Positions 18,443-28,997 are shown, numbered from the stretch's first letter. The stretch: 64,000 nucleotides of DNA from Dehalococcoidia bacterium (GCA_965224255.1 CBDCYO010000005.1:1107168-1171167); one strand, 5' to 3'. A program made the numbers and translations. Notes: generated by a model not told the origin, from the letters alone.

Positions 18443-20659
18443 CTAGGCCGGTGACGTGTGCTTCTCCACGGGCTCAACACGCACGTCTGGTAGCCACCGC
18501 AGGAAGCCCGGGAGGTACCAGTTCCGCGCCCCCAGCATCTCCATTGATGCTGGCACAAGCACGGATCGCACCAGCGTCGCATCCAAGAGGATGGCAACGG
18601 AGAGCCCAAAGCCAACCTGCTGATTGATGATGGTCTTACCGGATGCAAATGCACCAAAAACGGCGACCATAATCAGCGCGGCGCCGGTGATTAGCCCCGC
18701 CGTCTCTCGAAGGCCAAAGGCGACGGCCTCTCTGTTGTTGCCGGTCTGATCAAACCGCTCACGGATACGACTCAGCAGAAACACGTGATAGTCCATTGAT
18801 AGGCCGAACAGGATAGAAAAGAGGAACAGCGGGATCCACACATCGATGACCACTGCCTCCTGAAATCCCAGCAGGTCTCTTCCATATCCCTTCTGGAAAA
18901 CAAGTACCAGCAACCCATAGGCCGTGCCAACGGACAGCAGGTTCATGAAGACGGCCTTGATGGGGATGACAATGGAGCGGAAGACCACCATGAGGATGAG
19001 AAAGCTGACCCCCAATACAAACGCAATGACTATGGGCGTATACCGATCAACAACGTCAAACACCTCAGCAGCAGCAGCCGTGTACCCGCCAACCAGCACC
19101 TCCGCATCCACACCCTCGAACGCAGCGGGGATATGCGTGCCCCGTATGGTCTCAATCGCGTCGACGGCAGATTGGCTGGCCGACTCACCGGGTATCACCA
19201 CCTGAATTAGTGCAAGATCATTGGCCGCATTGGCGATGTGCCGGGGCGGCAGCGGCAGCATCGGGTCCGCCACAATCGCATCGTGTAGCCGTTGCAATGC
19301 GCCCATCACTTCCGGGGAAGAAAGGTCGCCATCAACGACAATCTCCGCCGGATTGATCAGGCCAAAGGAAAACTGCTCCTCCATGACAAAGAAGGCCTCG
19401 CGGGTCTCAGATTCCTCGGGGAATGTATCCACGCCGCTGAGGCCAGTGCGAATGTCGAAATAGAACAGCGTGGCAATGACCATGGGCGCGCCGATGACGA
19501 TGACGCTCAACACCGGGTAACGCATCACAATATCTGTTGTTCGTTCCCAGAATCCGCGCCGATTTGCCGATTCAGACGTTGTGCTTCGCGCGCCGATCAC
19601 GGGGATCGATAGGGTGTTTATCCGACTTCCCAATAGGGCGATCATGGCCGGCAAGAGCGTCAGGGTGGCAGCCATCGCGATGGTGACCACCAGGATCGCC
19701 CCAATAGCCAGGGATTGGAAGAATCCGAACGGCACGATGAACATGCCGCACAGCGCGACAACGACCGTTGTTCCACTGAAGAGCACTGTCCGGCCCGCAG
19801 TTGCACCTGAGCGGGCTACTGCTTCAAATGGCGTCAATCCCTTCTCAAGCTCTTCCCGGAAGCGCGAGATGATGATCAACGAGTAGTCGATACCAACAGC
19901 CAGTCCGATCATCGTGATCATGAGCGTGACAAAGAAGACCAGCTCATAGATCTGTCCAATCAGCGCGGCCAGGCCAAGCGCCACAATGACGCAGATCAGG
20001 GAGAGCCCGATTGGTACCAGAGCCGCAATCACGGCTCCGAACAGCACGACGAGAATGATCAGCGCGACGGGAATGCCAATCCTCTCCCCCTGCTGAAGGT
20101 CCCGCTCCGACAGTTCATTGCGCTCAAGGGAGATACTTGCGTCACCGACTGTTAGTACGCGGAATCCGTCACGGCCATTTTCTTCCTTCACAAGGTCGAG
20201 GAGAGCATGGACGTTTTCCTCCGCAGTCTCAAGGTCACCCGCCAGGTTGATAGGAATCAACGTTGTGCGACGATCCTGCGAAACAAGCACAGCGGCGTCA
20301 TCGGGTTGGCCTTCGGCCAGAAGGTAGTAGTTCGCCGCCTGGGAGACGATGTCTGTCCCCAGGCGGTCAATCGTCTCCGTAAGCGACATCACACGGTCTC
20401 GAAAGGCCGCATCGTCCACTGTGAGCGTTTCTGACTGAACGATCACGGTTTCCGCGACCGGCTTCGGGCCCCGGAGCCGATCCTCGAGCAACTGCTCCGC
20501 CCGCTGCGATTCGAACCCGCTACCGATTCGTAGCTCTGTCGTCGTAGCACTGTCCAGCAGCTGGGTACTCAGGGCACCGCCAACGAAGGCAGCCAGGACC
20601 CACAACGCAATCGTTACAAGCGGCCTTCGAGCGCTGATGCGCGCAAGTCTTTCCGCCAC
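18443..20659 (-). CDS. MMPL family (RND superfamily) membrane transporter
   Basis: 738 aa, two 6-TM blocks separated by soluble domains, typical MMPL/YdfJ architecture. Confidence 0.75.
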   Translation of the reverse strand: MAERLARISARRPLVTIALWVLAAFVGGALSTQLLDSATTTELRIGSGFESQRAEQLLEDRLRGPKPVAETVIVQSETLTVDDAAFRDRVMSLTETIDRLGTDIVSQAANYYLLAEGQPDDAAVLVSQDRRTTLIPINLAGDLETAEENVHALLDLVKEENGRDGFRVLTVGDASISLERNELSERDLQQGERIGIPVALIILVVLFGAVIAALVPIGLSLICVIVALGLAALIGQIYELVFFVTLMITMIGLAVGIDYSLIIISRFREELEKGLTPFEAVARSGATAGRTVLFSGTTVVVALCGMFIVPFGFFQSLAIGAILVVTIAMAATLTLLPAMIALLGSRINTLSIPVIGARSTTSESANRRGFWERTTDIVMRYPVLSVIVIGAPMVIATLFYFDIRTGLSGVDTFPEESETREAFFVMEEQFSFGLINPAEIVVDGDLSSPEVMGALQRLHDAIVADPMLPLPPRHIANAANDLALIQVVIPGESASQSAVDAIETIRGTHIPAAFEGVDAEVLVGGYTAAAAEVFDVVDRYTPIVIAFVLGVSFLILMVVFRSIVIPIKAVFMNLLSVGTAYGLLVLVFQKGYGRDLLGFQEAVVIDVWIPLFLFSILFGLSMDYHVFLLSRIRERFDQTGNNREAVAFGLRETAGLITGAALIMVAVFGAFASGKTIINQQVGFGLSVAILLDATLVRSVLVPASMEMLGARNWYLPGFLRWLPDVRVEPVEKHTSPA

Positions 20660-20789
20660 GCTGGGTTCGCTTCTCCAAGAAAACGGTTACGGCACGTCGT
20701 AGCGTTTCTTAATGTGCATCTGTATCCAGATGAGCGCAAGCACGGAGGCAGCTCATTCGTCAACGGGGACGTGCGCTCCCCGTCATTCC

Positions 20790-21062
20790 CATTTGCCCCC
20801 GTCGTTCAGAATGACGTGGTGTGCGTGCCGCATCCGTCGAGGGCGCGCGCTGGCTGTCTTCTCCGCCCCTGCGGCCCTGGGGGCATAGATTCTTCGCTGC
20901 GCTCAGAATGACAAAAGGTAAACGCTCAGAATGACCGGGAGGCGTACGTAATGACAGGAAGGCGTACGTAATGACAGGAAGGACGCTCAGAATGACAGGA
21001 AAAGCGCTCAGAATGACAGGAAGGACGCTCAGAATGACAAAAGGAAAGGGAATGACGGCGTA
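20790..21062. repeat. MITE/REP-like element with expanded right arms (6 x gcgctcagaatgacagg / cgtacgtaatgacagg units)
   Basis: Direct reading of tandem ~22-bp arm units and core gcatagattcttcgctgcgctcagaatgaca. Confidence 0.8.
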
Positions 21063-21123
21063 TTCCGTGATGAGAGGGGTTCGAACCCGCGCTGATATGA
21101 TTCTGGAGTGGAGGTAGCGAACG

Positions 21124-22503
21124 ATTCTTGACCGACGGAGGATACGCGAGGCGCCGGATGAGACGCGGGCCGTGCTTGCCCGACGGGGCGATCCTGACGC
21201 GCTTGCTGTCCTTGACGAAATCGTGTTGCTCGATGCCGAATGGCGCGCTGCGCAAGCTCGCGCTGATGAACTCCGCGCTCAACTCAACACGCGCTCCCGT
21301 GCGTTTGGCGCGTTGCGTGGCCGTGCCGGGCGGGGCGAATTGACACCGGAGGTTGTTCTGGGCACTCCCGGTGTCTCGGAACTACTCGGTGATCGACCGG
21401 AGATGGGCGGCCGGTCCGTCGATGAACTCATCGAAGCTCTTCAGGGTGCGCTGCGCGGTTTCTCAGAGCAGGTTGATGAGGCGACCCGATTTGCGGACGA
21501 TACAGACGCGCGGATCACACAACGATTGAGCCATTTGGCCAATCTGCCCGAGGAGTCTGTTCCGGACGGAGCGTCGGATGCGGACAATGTCGTCACACGC
21601 CAATGGGAAGAGCCCCGCAGCTATGATTTCCCCCCGCAGGCGCACTGGGACCTGGGGCCGGCGCTCGGCATCATCGACTTTGAACGCGGGACACGCATCG
21701 CCGGCTCTCGCTTCTACGTGCTGACCGGGGCAGGATCGAAACTACAACGTTCGCTCATCCAATGGATGCTGGACGTGCACACGCGCGAGCACGGCTATCG
21801 TGAGATCTACCCCCCTTTCGTCTCCAACGAACAGACACTGTTTGCCAGCGGCCAACTGCCCAAGTTTCGAGAGAACGTGTACCGCGATATCGAGGATGAT
21901 GTCTGGCTCGTGCCGACGGCGGAGGTGCCCCTGACGTCCATGCATCGGGGGGAGATTCTGGAGCCGGGGATGTTGCCCATCAACTACGTTGCCTACACGC
22001 CGTCATTCCGCCGTGAAAAAATGTCCGCCGGCCGCGATATCCGCGGCATCAAGCGCGGCCACCAATTCGACAAAGTCGAAATCTACAAGTACACGGAGCC
22101 GGAGCGATCCATGGAGGAGCTTGAAGTACTCCTTGGCCACGCGGAATCGATCCTGCGCCGCCTTGAGCTGCCCTACCGCATTGTGGAATTGTGCGCGGGA
22201 GACCTTGGGCAGGCGGCGGCAAAGACATACGACATCGAAGTGTGGGCGCCCGGATGCGGAGAATGGCTGGAGGTGTCCAGCTGCTCGACAACGTCTGATT
22301 ACCAGGCTCGGCGGGCCAACATTCGTTATCGGCCGGAGGCAGGCGCGCGGCCGCGGTTCGTTCATACCCTCAATGGCTCCGCGCTGGCGTTACCGCGCGT
22401 CATGATCGCGGTTATGGAGACGTATCAACAGGCGGACGGCAGTATCGCCATTCCTGACGCTCTGCGCCCGTACACAGGTTTCACACACATTACGCGCGAA
22501 TAG
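21124..22503 (+). CDS. serS: seryl-tRNA synthetase
   Basis: N-terminal coiled coil, class II motifs FRREKMSAGRDIRGIKRGHQFDKVE and GSALALPRVMIAVMET; conserved N-terminus ILDRRRIREAPDETRAVLARRGD extends upstream of the first GTG/ATG to a frame that opens right after a TAG at 21115-17, so start codon is non-canonical (ATT 21124?) or there is a sequence error. Confidence 0.85.
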   Translation: MLDRRRIREAPDETRAVLARRGDPDALAVLDEIVLLDAEWRAAQARADELRAQLNTRSRAFGALRGRAGRGELTPEVVLGTPGVSELLGDRPEMGGRSVDELIEALQGALRGFSEQVDEATRFADDTDARITQRLSHLANLPEESVPDGASDADNVVTRQWEEPRSYDFPPQAHWDLGPALGIIDFERGTRIAGSRFYVLTGAGSKLQRSLIQWMLDVHTREHGYREIYPPFVSNEQTLFASGQLPKFRENVYRDIEDDVWLVPTAEVPLTSMHRGEILEPGMLPINYVAYTPSFRREKMSAGRDIRGIKRGHQFDKVEIYKYTEPERSMEELEVLLGHAESILRRLELPYRIVELCAGDLGQAAAKTYDIEVWAPGCGEWLEVSSCSTTSDYQARRANIRYRPEAGARPRFVHTLNGSALALPRVMIAVMETYQQADGSIAIPDALRPYTGFTHITRE

Positions 22504-22652
22504 CCCTTCGGACCTCGTGGCGTGCCGCCGCGGCCGTCTTGGTGGAGAGCCCGCGCTGGCTGCTCGCCAGATGGCATGTGGAGCCTCATTCTCGATTCGG
22601 CATCGGAACGACCGGGCTCTAGGTAGTACCATATCCCGTAGAGAAGGAAGGA

Positions 22653-23807
22653 GTGGAATTGATACGCATTGGCGTGACAAAGGAGACGGCGCCACGCGAG
22701 GCTCGCGTCGCACTTGCTCCTGTTTCCGTTGCCCGATTCACTCGCGACGGAATTGGTGTCACCGTCGAGACCGGTGCAGGAGAGCGGGCGTTCTTTAGCG
22801 ATGAGGTGTACCGCGAGGCCGGTGCGGAGATTGCGCCGGACGCCTCATCCGTCCTCGCCGCTGCAGACGTCATTCTCAAGGTCGCCCCGCCGTCCAACGA
22901 GGAGACGGAATCGCTTCGTGCGGGGCACATACTGGTCACCGTCCTTCAGCCGCTGACGAACCATGACTGTGTCCGTGCACTGGCCGTGCGTGGTGTCTCG
23001 GCCTTCAGTCTCGATGCCATTCCACGGATTGCCCGCGCGCAGCCAATGGACGTCCTATCCTCGCAGGCATCGATCGCGGGCTACAAGGCGGCCATTATCG
23101 CTGCTGATACCCTCGGCAAGCATCTGCCAATGATGACCACGGCTGCTGGGACGATGCCTCCTGCCCGCGGCCTTGTCCTGGGCGCCGGCGTTGCCGGTCT
23201 TCAGGCCATTGCAACCGGTCGCCGGCTTGGCGCGGTGATGTCCGCGTTTGACGTCCGCCCTGCTGTGAAGGAACAAGTGCAGAGCCTGGGCGCGACGTTT
23301 ATTGAAGATGAGGAACTGCAGCGCGCACAGGCGGAGACGGCGGGCGGCTATGCTCAGGAGCAGACGTCGGAGGAACGCGACCGCTCTCAAGCGCTGGTCA
23401 GGCGCCACGTCGGCGCGTCAGATTTTGTCATTACAACAGCCTTGGTGCCTGGCCGCCCAGCACCCCGCCTTATCACACGGGAGATGACTGAGGACATGCA
23501 GCCCGGCTCCGTCATCATCGACCTTGCCGCTGAGACGGGCGGCAACTGTGAGTTAACGATTCCCGGAGAAATCATCATCCACAAGGGCGTCATCATCAAC
23601 GGGCCGATCAATGTGCCCTCATCCATGCCCGTTCATGCGAGCCTCATGTTCTCTCGCAACGCGCAGAGCTTTGTGGATCTGCTCATCACAGAGGGTGACA
23701 TTGTCATCAACATGGATGATGTGATCGTCCGTGATTCGCTCATCACGCAGGACGGTGAAGTGGTTCATGCCGCCACACGGCAGGCTATGGAGAGCGCGGC
23801 GGCGTAG
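22653..23807 (+). CDS. pntAA: NAD(P) transhydrogenase subunit alpha part 1
   Basis: Alanine-dehydrogenase/PNT N- and C-domains, Rossmann GAGVAGLQAI. Confidence 0.85.
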   Translation: MELIRIGVTKETAPREARVALAPVSVARFTRDGIGVTVETGAGERAFFSDEVYREAGAEIAPDASSVLAAADVILKVAPPSNEETESLRAGHILVTVLQPLTNHDCVRALAVRGVSAFSLDAIPRIARAQPMDVLSSQASIAGYKAAIIAADTLGKHLPMMTTAAGTMPPARGLVLGAGVAGLQAIATGRRLGAVMSAFDVRPAVKEQVQSLGATFIEDEELQRAQAETAGGYAQEQTSEERDRSQALVRRHVGASDFVITTALVPGRPAPRLITREMTEDMQPGSVIIDLAAETGGNCELTIPGEIIIHKGVIINGPINVPSSMPVHASLMFSRNAQSFVDLLITEGDIVINMDDVIVRDSLITQDGEVVHAATRQAMESAAA

Positions 23808-23837
23808 AATGCGCCCACGAGAAGGAGGAACGCAGCG

Positions 23838-24143
23838 GTGCTAGACGGTGGACTCCTGATTGCAATCTACGTCTTTGTGCTCGCCGGATTCGTTGGCTTT
23901 GAAGTGATCACAAAGGTACCGCCAACGCTGCACACACCCCTGATGTCCGGCGCGAACGCCATCTCTGGCATCACGATCATTGGCGCGCTGATCATCGCGG
24001 GGTCCGGTGAAGGGACGTTGACGACGGCGCTTGGAGTCGCTGCCGTTATCCTGGCGACCATCAATGTCGTGGGTGGGTTCATGGTGACGGACCGTATGCT
24101 GCGGATGTTCCGCCACGGTCGAGAGAGAGAACGCTCCTCGTGA
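23838..24143 (+). CDS. pntAB: NAD(P) transhydrogenase subunit alpha part 2 (membrane)
   Basis: ~100-aa 3-4 TM protein between pntAA and pntB, RBS gaaggagg. Confidence 0.8.
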   Translation: MLDGGLLIAIYVFVLAGFVGFEVITKVPPTLHTPLMSGANAISGITIIGALIIAGSGEGTLTTALGVAAVILATINVVGGFMVTDRMLRMFRHGRERERSS

Positions 24144-25540
24144 CTCTCGACCGTGATCTCATCATTGCATCCGCGTATCTAATTTCAGCAGCCCTTTTCA
24201 TCTTTGGCCTGCGCTCCTTGGGCTCGCCCGCGACGGCGAGGCGCGGCAACACCTTGGCCGCCACGGGCATGCTGCTGGCGATCATCGTGACGCTTATCAG
24301 CGAGAAGATCGTGAGCTATCCGCTCATCGTGGCCGGTGTGCTGATCGGCGGTATCATTGGCGCAGTATTCGCGCGACAGGTAAAAATGACGGCGATGCCG
24401 CAGATGGTTGCGGTCTTCAACGGCTTCGGCGGCGCCGCCTCCGGCCTGATTGCCATCTCCGAGTACTTCCGCCTGCGGGACGCCGGCGAAGAGATGGGGA
24501 TCGATCTATCGGTCACAATCATGCTCGGGGTCCTCATTGGCGCGATCACATTTTCCGGCAGCGCCATTGCGACGGGCAAACTACAAGAGGTCATTGCCTC
24601 CCGTGCCATCCGCCTGCCCCTGCAAAACATCGTCAGCGTTATCCTCTTCGCGATCATCCTTGCCGTTGCAGTCGGCCAGATCGCCTTCACCGCCGATCCG
24701 ATCCTGTTCCTCATCATGATCGCGTTGTGCCTGGTACTTGGTGTGATACTCGTTCTGCCCATCGGTGGCGCGGATATGCCAGTGGTTATTTCCCTGCTGA
24801 ACTCCTACTCCGGTCTGGCGGCCGCTGCTGCCGGCTTCGTGATTGGCAACCCCATTCTGATTATCGCCGGCGCGCTTGTGGGGGCGGCAGGATTCATCCT
24901 GACGCAGATCATGACGCGCGCGATGCACCGCTCCCTCGCCAACGTGATGTTTGGCGCGTTCGGCACCGGTGGGGGCGGCGCAGCAGTCAGCGGAGTGACG
25001 GCGGGCGGGACGGTCCGCGAGGCCTCAACGGAGGACCTTGGCGTTCTGCTCGCCTATGCCGAGAGCGTCATTGTGGTTCCTGGCTATGGCCTTGCCGTCG
25101 CGCAAGCTCAGCGGCAAGTGCGTGACCTCGCTGACCTTCTGGAAGAGCGTGGCGTTGACGTGCGTTACGCCATTCACCCCGTCGCAGGCCGGATGCCGGG
25201 CCACATGAACGTTCTCCTGGCTGAAGCGGACGTGCCGTATGACCGTCTCTTTGACCTTGAGCAGATCAATGACCAGTTTGAACGAGCAGACGTCGCTATC
25301 GTCATTGGCGCCAACGATGTGACGAATCCGTCCGCGCGTGAGGTTCCGGAGAGTCCCATCTACGGCATGCCCATTCTCAACGTGGATCATGCGCGGAACA
25401 TCATCGTCCTCAAGCGCTCCATGAGCCCTGGATTTGCAGGCATTGATAACCCGCTCTTCTACAATGAGAAGACATCGATGCTCTTCGCTGATGCCAAGGA
25501 CGGCCTCAATCGCCTCATCGAGGCCGTTCAGGAGAACTGA
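24140..25540 (+). CDS. pntB: NAD(P) transhydrogenase subunit beta
   Basis: N-terminal TM block plus C-terminal NADP(H)-binding domain VVPGYGLAVAQAQ...IGANDVTNP. Confidence 0.85.
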   Translation: MTLDRDLIIASAYLISAALFIFGLRSLGSPATARRGNTLAATGMLLAIIVTLISEKIVSYPLIVAGVLIGGIIGAVFARQVKMTAMPQMVAVFNGFGGAASGLIAISEYFRLRDAGEEMGIDLSVTIMLGVLIGAITFSGSAIATGKLQEVIASRAIRLPLQNIVSVILFAIILAVAVGQIAFTADPILFLIMIALCLVLGVILVLPIGGADMPVVISLLNSYSGLAAAAAGFVIGNPILIIAGALVGAAGFILTQIMTRAMHRSLANVMFGAFGTGGGGAAVSGVTAGGTVREASTEDLGVLLAYAESVIVVPGYGLAVAQAQRQVRDLADLLEERGVDVRYAIHPVAGRMPGHMNVLLAEADVPYDRLFDLEQINDQFERADVAIVIGANDVTNPSAREVPESPIYGMPILNVDHARNIIVLKRSMSPGFAGIDNPLFYNEKTSMLFADAKDGLNRLIEAVQEN

Positions 25541-25594
25541 CGCGATCGCGCCTCGCCGCGCGCGCATCGTCTCAGGGGAACTCCAAGAAGAATC

Positions 25595-26932
25595 ATGGTC
25601 GAAACGAGCACACCGTCCCAGCAGCGTATGAAAACGCCGCTCCTGGTGCGGCGCACCCCGTTCTTCTATGGCTGGGTCATCGTTGGGCTGACGTTCACCA
25701 CCAGCATGATCACGGCGGGCATCAGCGGCTATGGCCTCTCCTTCTTCGTCGTGCCCATGAGCGAGGCGTTGGGCGTCTCCCGCGCCGAGTTCTCATCCAT
25801 TACCCTGTTCCGACTTGCTGCCATACCGCTCGTTCCTCTCCTTGGCATGATGGTTGATCGAAGGGAGGGGCCGCGGCTGATCATCATGATCGGCAGCTTC
25901 TCCGCCGGCCTCTCGCTCATCGCATCCTCGTATGTGCAAAACATGATGCAGTTCTACCTGACGTTCGGCATCTTCTTTGGCATTGCCATGATGGCGATGG
26001 GTGGACAGCTTGTCGGGCCTGCCGTTCTCGCCAAGTGGTTCGTCAAGCAGCGTGCGCGCGTCATGGCGATCAGTGCCATCGGTATCTCCGGCGGTGGCTT
26101 CGTCATTGCGCCGATAGCCGGCCAACTTGTGACCGCGCTTGGGTGGCGCGATGCCTGGGTCCTCCTCGGCGTTGGAATGATTCTCATCGTCGTGCCCGCA
26201 GCGGCCCTGTTCATGCGCAGGCAACCCAGCGACGTTGGCCTGACGCCTGACGGCATCATTCAACCTCTCCCGGCAGATGTGCGCACCGCCCCCGACGATG
26301 GAATCGCCACAGTGCTCCCAGACGAGCCCTATGAGTATCCGTGGACGGTGCGCGAGGCGGCGAAAACGGTGGCCTTCTGGGCACTGCTGGCGGCACAGGT
26401 TCTCGCCCTCTCCTCCCTGATGCCCATCCTCTTCCACCAGGTTGCCTACATGCAAGACAAGGGGTTGGGAACGGACGATGCGACACTCGTCGCAACTGCA
26501 CTCGCAGGATTCGCCATCCTGGGGAAGATCGTCTACGGATACATCGTTGAGCGTGTGCACGTTCGTTGGGTGTTGGCACTCTCTATGATGCCGGCAGGAG
26601 TATCCGTCCTCCTGCTGGTTATGGGATCGAGTCGTGAGATTCTGCTGGCCTATGCCGTCGCCCACGGGCTCACCATGGGCGGGTTCATGCCCCTCATGAA
26701 CGTGGCCCTTGCCCAGTATTTTGGTCGCCAGCACATGGGCGCTATCCGGGGGGCCGTGACGCCACTGGCCAATGTGATGGCCGCCGTCACCCCGTTCGCC
26801 GCGGGCTGGGTGTGGGAACTCTCCGGCACGTACGACCTCGCCTTCACCCTGGCCGGGGCAGGCTGGTTCCTTGGCGGCGTGATCGTGCTGATTGCGGCAG
26901 AGCCGCGAGAGCCAGTGCCGCGCGCAGTGTGA
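25595..26932 (+). CDS. MFS transporter
   Basis: 12-TM profile, ~445 aa, two 6-TM halves separated by a cytoplasmic loop. Confidence 0.75.
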   Translation: MVETSTPSQQRMKTPLLVRRTPFFYGWVIVGLTFTTSMITAGISGYGLSFFVVPMSEALGVSRAEFSSITLFRLAAIPLVPLLGMMVDRREGPRLIIMIGSFSAGLSLIASSYVQNMMQFYLTFGIFFGIAMMAMGGQLVGPAVLAKWFVKQRARVMAISAIGISGGGFVIAPIAGQLVTALGWRDAWVLLGVGMILIVVPAAALFMRRQPSDVGLTPDGIIQPLPADVRTAPDDGIATVLPDEPYEYPWTVREAAKTVAFWALLAAQVLALSSLMPILFHQVAYMQDKGLGTDDATLVATALAGFAILGKIVYGYIVERVHVRWVLALSMMPAGVSVLLLVMGSSREILLAYAVAHGLTMGGFMPLMNVALAQYFGRQHMGAIRGAVTPLANVMAAVTPFAAGWVWELSGTYDLAFTLAGAGWFLGGVIVLIAAEPREPVPRAV

Positions 26933-26934
26933 GC

Positions 26935-27275
26935 GCCCGCATGTCATCCTGACCGATGTGCGGCTGTCCTCACGCCACCCTGACCGGAGCACCAGCGCCC
27001 CACCATGCCGTTCTGAACAGAGCACGCTAGCCGCCGTGTTGCTCTGAACGAAACGTGCCTACCCCATGTCATTCTGAACGGCGCGTCGGCCTCCCCCATG
27101 CCATCGTGAACGGAACGTAGTGGAGTGAAGAATCTAACACGCCTTTGCTGCAGCGGGGACGTAGATTCTTCGCTACGCTCAGAATGACATGGGGGTCGCT
27201 CAGAATGACAGAGGGGATATGCCTCAGAACGACAGAGGGCGTCGGCGGCGGGGAGTGGATTCTTCGCTACGCTCC
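26935..27275. repeat. MITE/REP-like element cluster (6 degenerate left arms, core gtgaagaatctaacacgcctttgctgcagcggggacgtagattcttcgctacgctcagaatgaca, right arms, second partial core)
   Basis: Direct reading. Confidence 0.8.
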
Positions 27276-28363
27276 GTCACTTGCAGGAACGGCACGGCCC
27301 CCTCTGCGTCGTCTGTCCGCTGCGGCGGCTCCATGACGTAGTGAATCTGGGGGGCGGGATCAGCCAGCAGCTGGCGGTTGTCCTCCATGCGCTGCATGGC
27401 GACCGTATACGCCCCCTCCCAGATGTCCATGGCGACCCACAGACGACCGAGGCGTTCGGCGGCGATGGGCGTCGTGGCGCACCCGGCGAACGGGTCCAAC
27501 ACGATGTCTCCCGGGTTGCTGCTTGCGCTGATGATGCGCTCATAGAGAGCCAGCGGTTTCTGCGTAGGGTAGCCAGTCCGTTCACTGTCAGTTTGCGACA
27601 AGGTGCAGTCGATGAGCTCGTCGTTATCCCACACTGAATCTATTGGCTTGCCGCCCTTGAGATAGTATCGGGTTCCATCCTGGACAAAATAGCGGCCTTT
27701 TTCGTCTACCTGCGAATACTTGGCATCCATCCACTTACTGACGGCTCCCCTGATCTTGTTGTGGTGGCTTTGAGGCGATTTTGCGTAATAGAAGATGGTG
27801 TCATGCTTCCGCGGGAACCAATTCCTGACATTGAAACCACCAAGCCCGTAGTGCCAAATAATTTCGTTCCTCAAGTTGTCCTTACCAAACACGACGTCCA
27901 TCAACTGCTTGAGGTAGTGGCTCGCCGTGGGATCGCAGTGGAGGTAGATACTCCCGTCTGAGCGGAGGACGCGGCGCATCTCGATGAGTCGCACCGCCAT
28001 GAAGCAGAGGAACGCGCCCATATCATCGCCGTAACTCTCTCGGGAGCCGTTGATGACAGTCATGACGCGCGGCCAGCCGTCCGTGATCTGATCGACCCAC
28101 TCGCCCTCGACGTCGTCTTCCCAGCTCCAACGATCCTGAAACTTTGCGCCCGCGGCGAGGCTGTCCGGCGTGGCGTGGAAGTCGCGCCCCTTATTGAAGG
28201 GCGGATCTGTGGCGATGAGGTGGACGGATTCGCTGTTCAACGCTCGCAGAAACGGGAGATTATCACCGTGAAACAGCGTGCGATTTACGAAGTTGGGCTC
28301 GGCCATACCTGATTCCTCGTCCGTCGGTGTCGGTCCGTAGTAGTGTACAGGCGCGATCATCAA
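27224..28363 (-). CDS. N6-adenine/N4-cytosine DNA methyltransferase (beta-class, orphan in this window)
   Basis: DPPF motif (IATDPPFNKG), later AdoMet-binding region (DPFAGCATTPIAAERLGR); no adjacent endonuclease ORF. Confidence 0.8.
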   Translation of the reverse strand: MMIAPVHYYGPTPTDEESGMAEPNFVNRTLFHGDNLPFLRALNSESVHLIATDPPFNKGRDFHATPDSLAAGAKFQDRWSWEDDVEGEWVDQITDGWPRVMTVINGSRESYGDDMGAFLCFMAVRLIEMRRVLRSDGSIYLHCDPTASHYLKQLMDVVFGKDNLRNEIIWHYGLGGFNVRNWFPRKHDTIFYYAKSPQSHHNKIRGAVSKWMDAKYSQVDEKGRYFVQDGTRYYLKGGKPIDSVWDNDELIDCTLSQTDSERTGYPTQKPLALYERIISASSNPGDIVLDPFAGCATTPIAAERLGRLWVAMDIWEGAYTVAMQRMEDNRQLLADPAPQIHYVMEPPQRTDDAEGAVPFLQVTERSEESTPRRRRPLSF

Positions 28364-28384
28364 TGCGAATGTACGGCCTTTCCG

Positions 28385-28612
28385 AGAGCGTCACACACTC
28401 ACATATCATTCTGAACGGCACGCCACTTCACCATGTCATTCCGAACGAAACGTCGGCCTACCCCATGTCACTCCGAACGGTGCGGAGCGACCCCTATGTC
28501 ATTCTGAACGAAACGAAGTGGAGTGAAGAATCTAACGTGCCTGTGCCGCAGTGGGGACGTAGATTCTTCGCTGCGCTCAGAATGACACACAGGGCCGCTC
28601 AGGAATTGTAGA
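28385..28612. repeat. MITE/REP-like element (left arms catgtcattccgaacgaaacg etc., core gtgaagaatctaacgtgcctgtgccgcagtggggacgtagattcttcgctgcgctcagaatgacac)
   Basis: Direct reading; together with 26935-27275 it brackets the methyltransferase gene. Confidence 0.8.
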
Positions 28613-28756
28613 TGTTAGGTAATTCGTTGACAGAATTGGCTAGAGAACGAGCCAGTCTGGAGGCGAAGATGGGCGAGGATGCTCATTCCGCTTGACCCTC
28701 TAACAGGGCACTCCAATACTTGACGTGGTGGTGCGGCTTTCCTTCCGCACCCATTT

Positions 28757-28844
28757 GGAGGGGTGGCCGAGCGGACGAAGGCGGCTGTCTTGAAAACAGC
28801 TTTCCGGTGACCCCGGAACGCGGGTTCGAATCCCGCCCCCTCCG
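28757..28844 (+). tRNA. tRNA-Ser (anticodon TGA), long variable arm, no encoded CCA
   Basis: ggaggggtggccgagcgg...gctgt-ctTGAaa-acagc...long extra arm...gcgggttcgaatcccgc-cccctcc-g. Confidence 0.8.
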
Positions 28845-28997
28845 CGGGTTTTCCCGGCGTGCGCTTCGGAAGCGCAATGAGAAGAGATCTGCGTGCCACG
28901 TTCTCACTTGATGGAGGGCCGGGCTTCGCTTGCACCGTTTCCTTGTCCTGTATGACACTGCTTGTGAGACCATTGGCAATGTGAGGAGTCGCCGTCG

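Noticed and set aside
25793-27025. 410-aa antisense ORF opposite the MFS transporter (and many similar long antisense ORFs, e.g. 31354..32067, 31778..32497, 60729..62279)
   Set aside because: Classic GC-rich antisense open frames with Arg/His/Gly-rich low-complexity translations. The sense-strand genes have clear family motifs.
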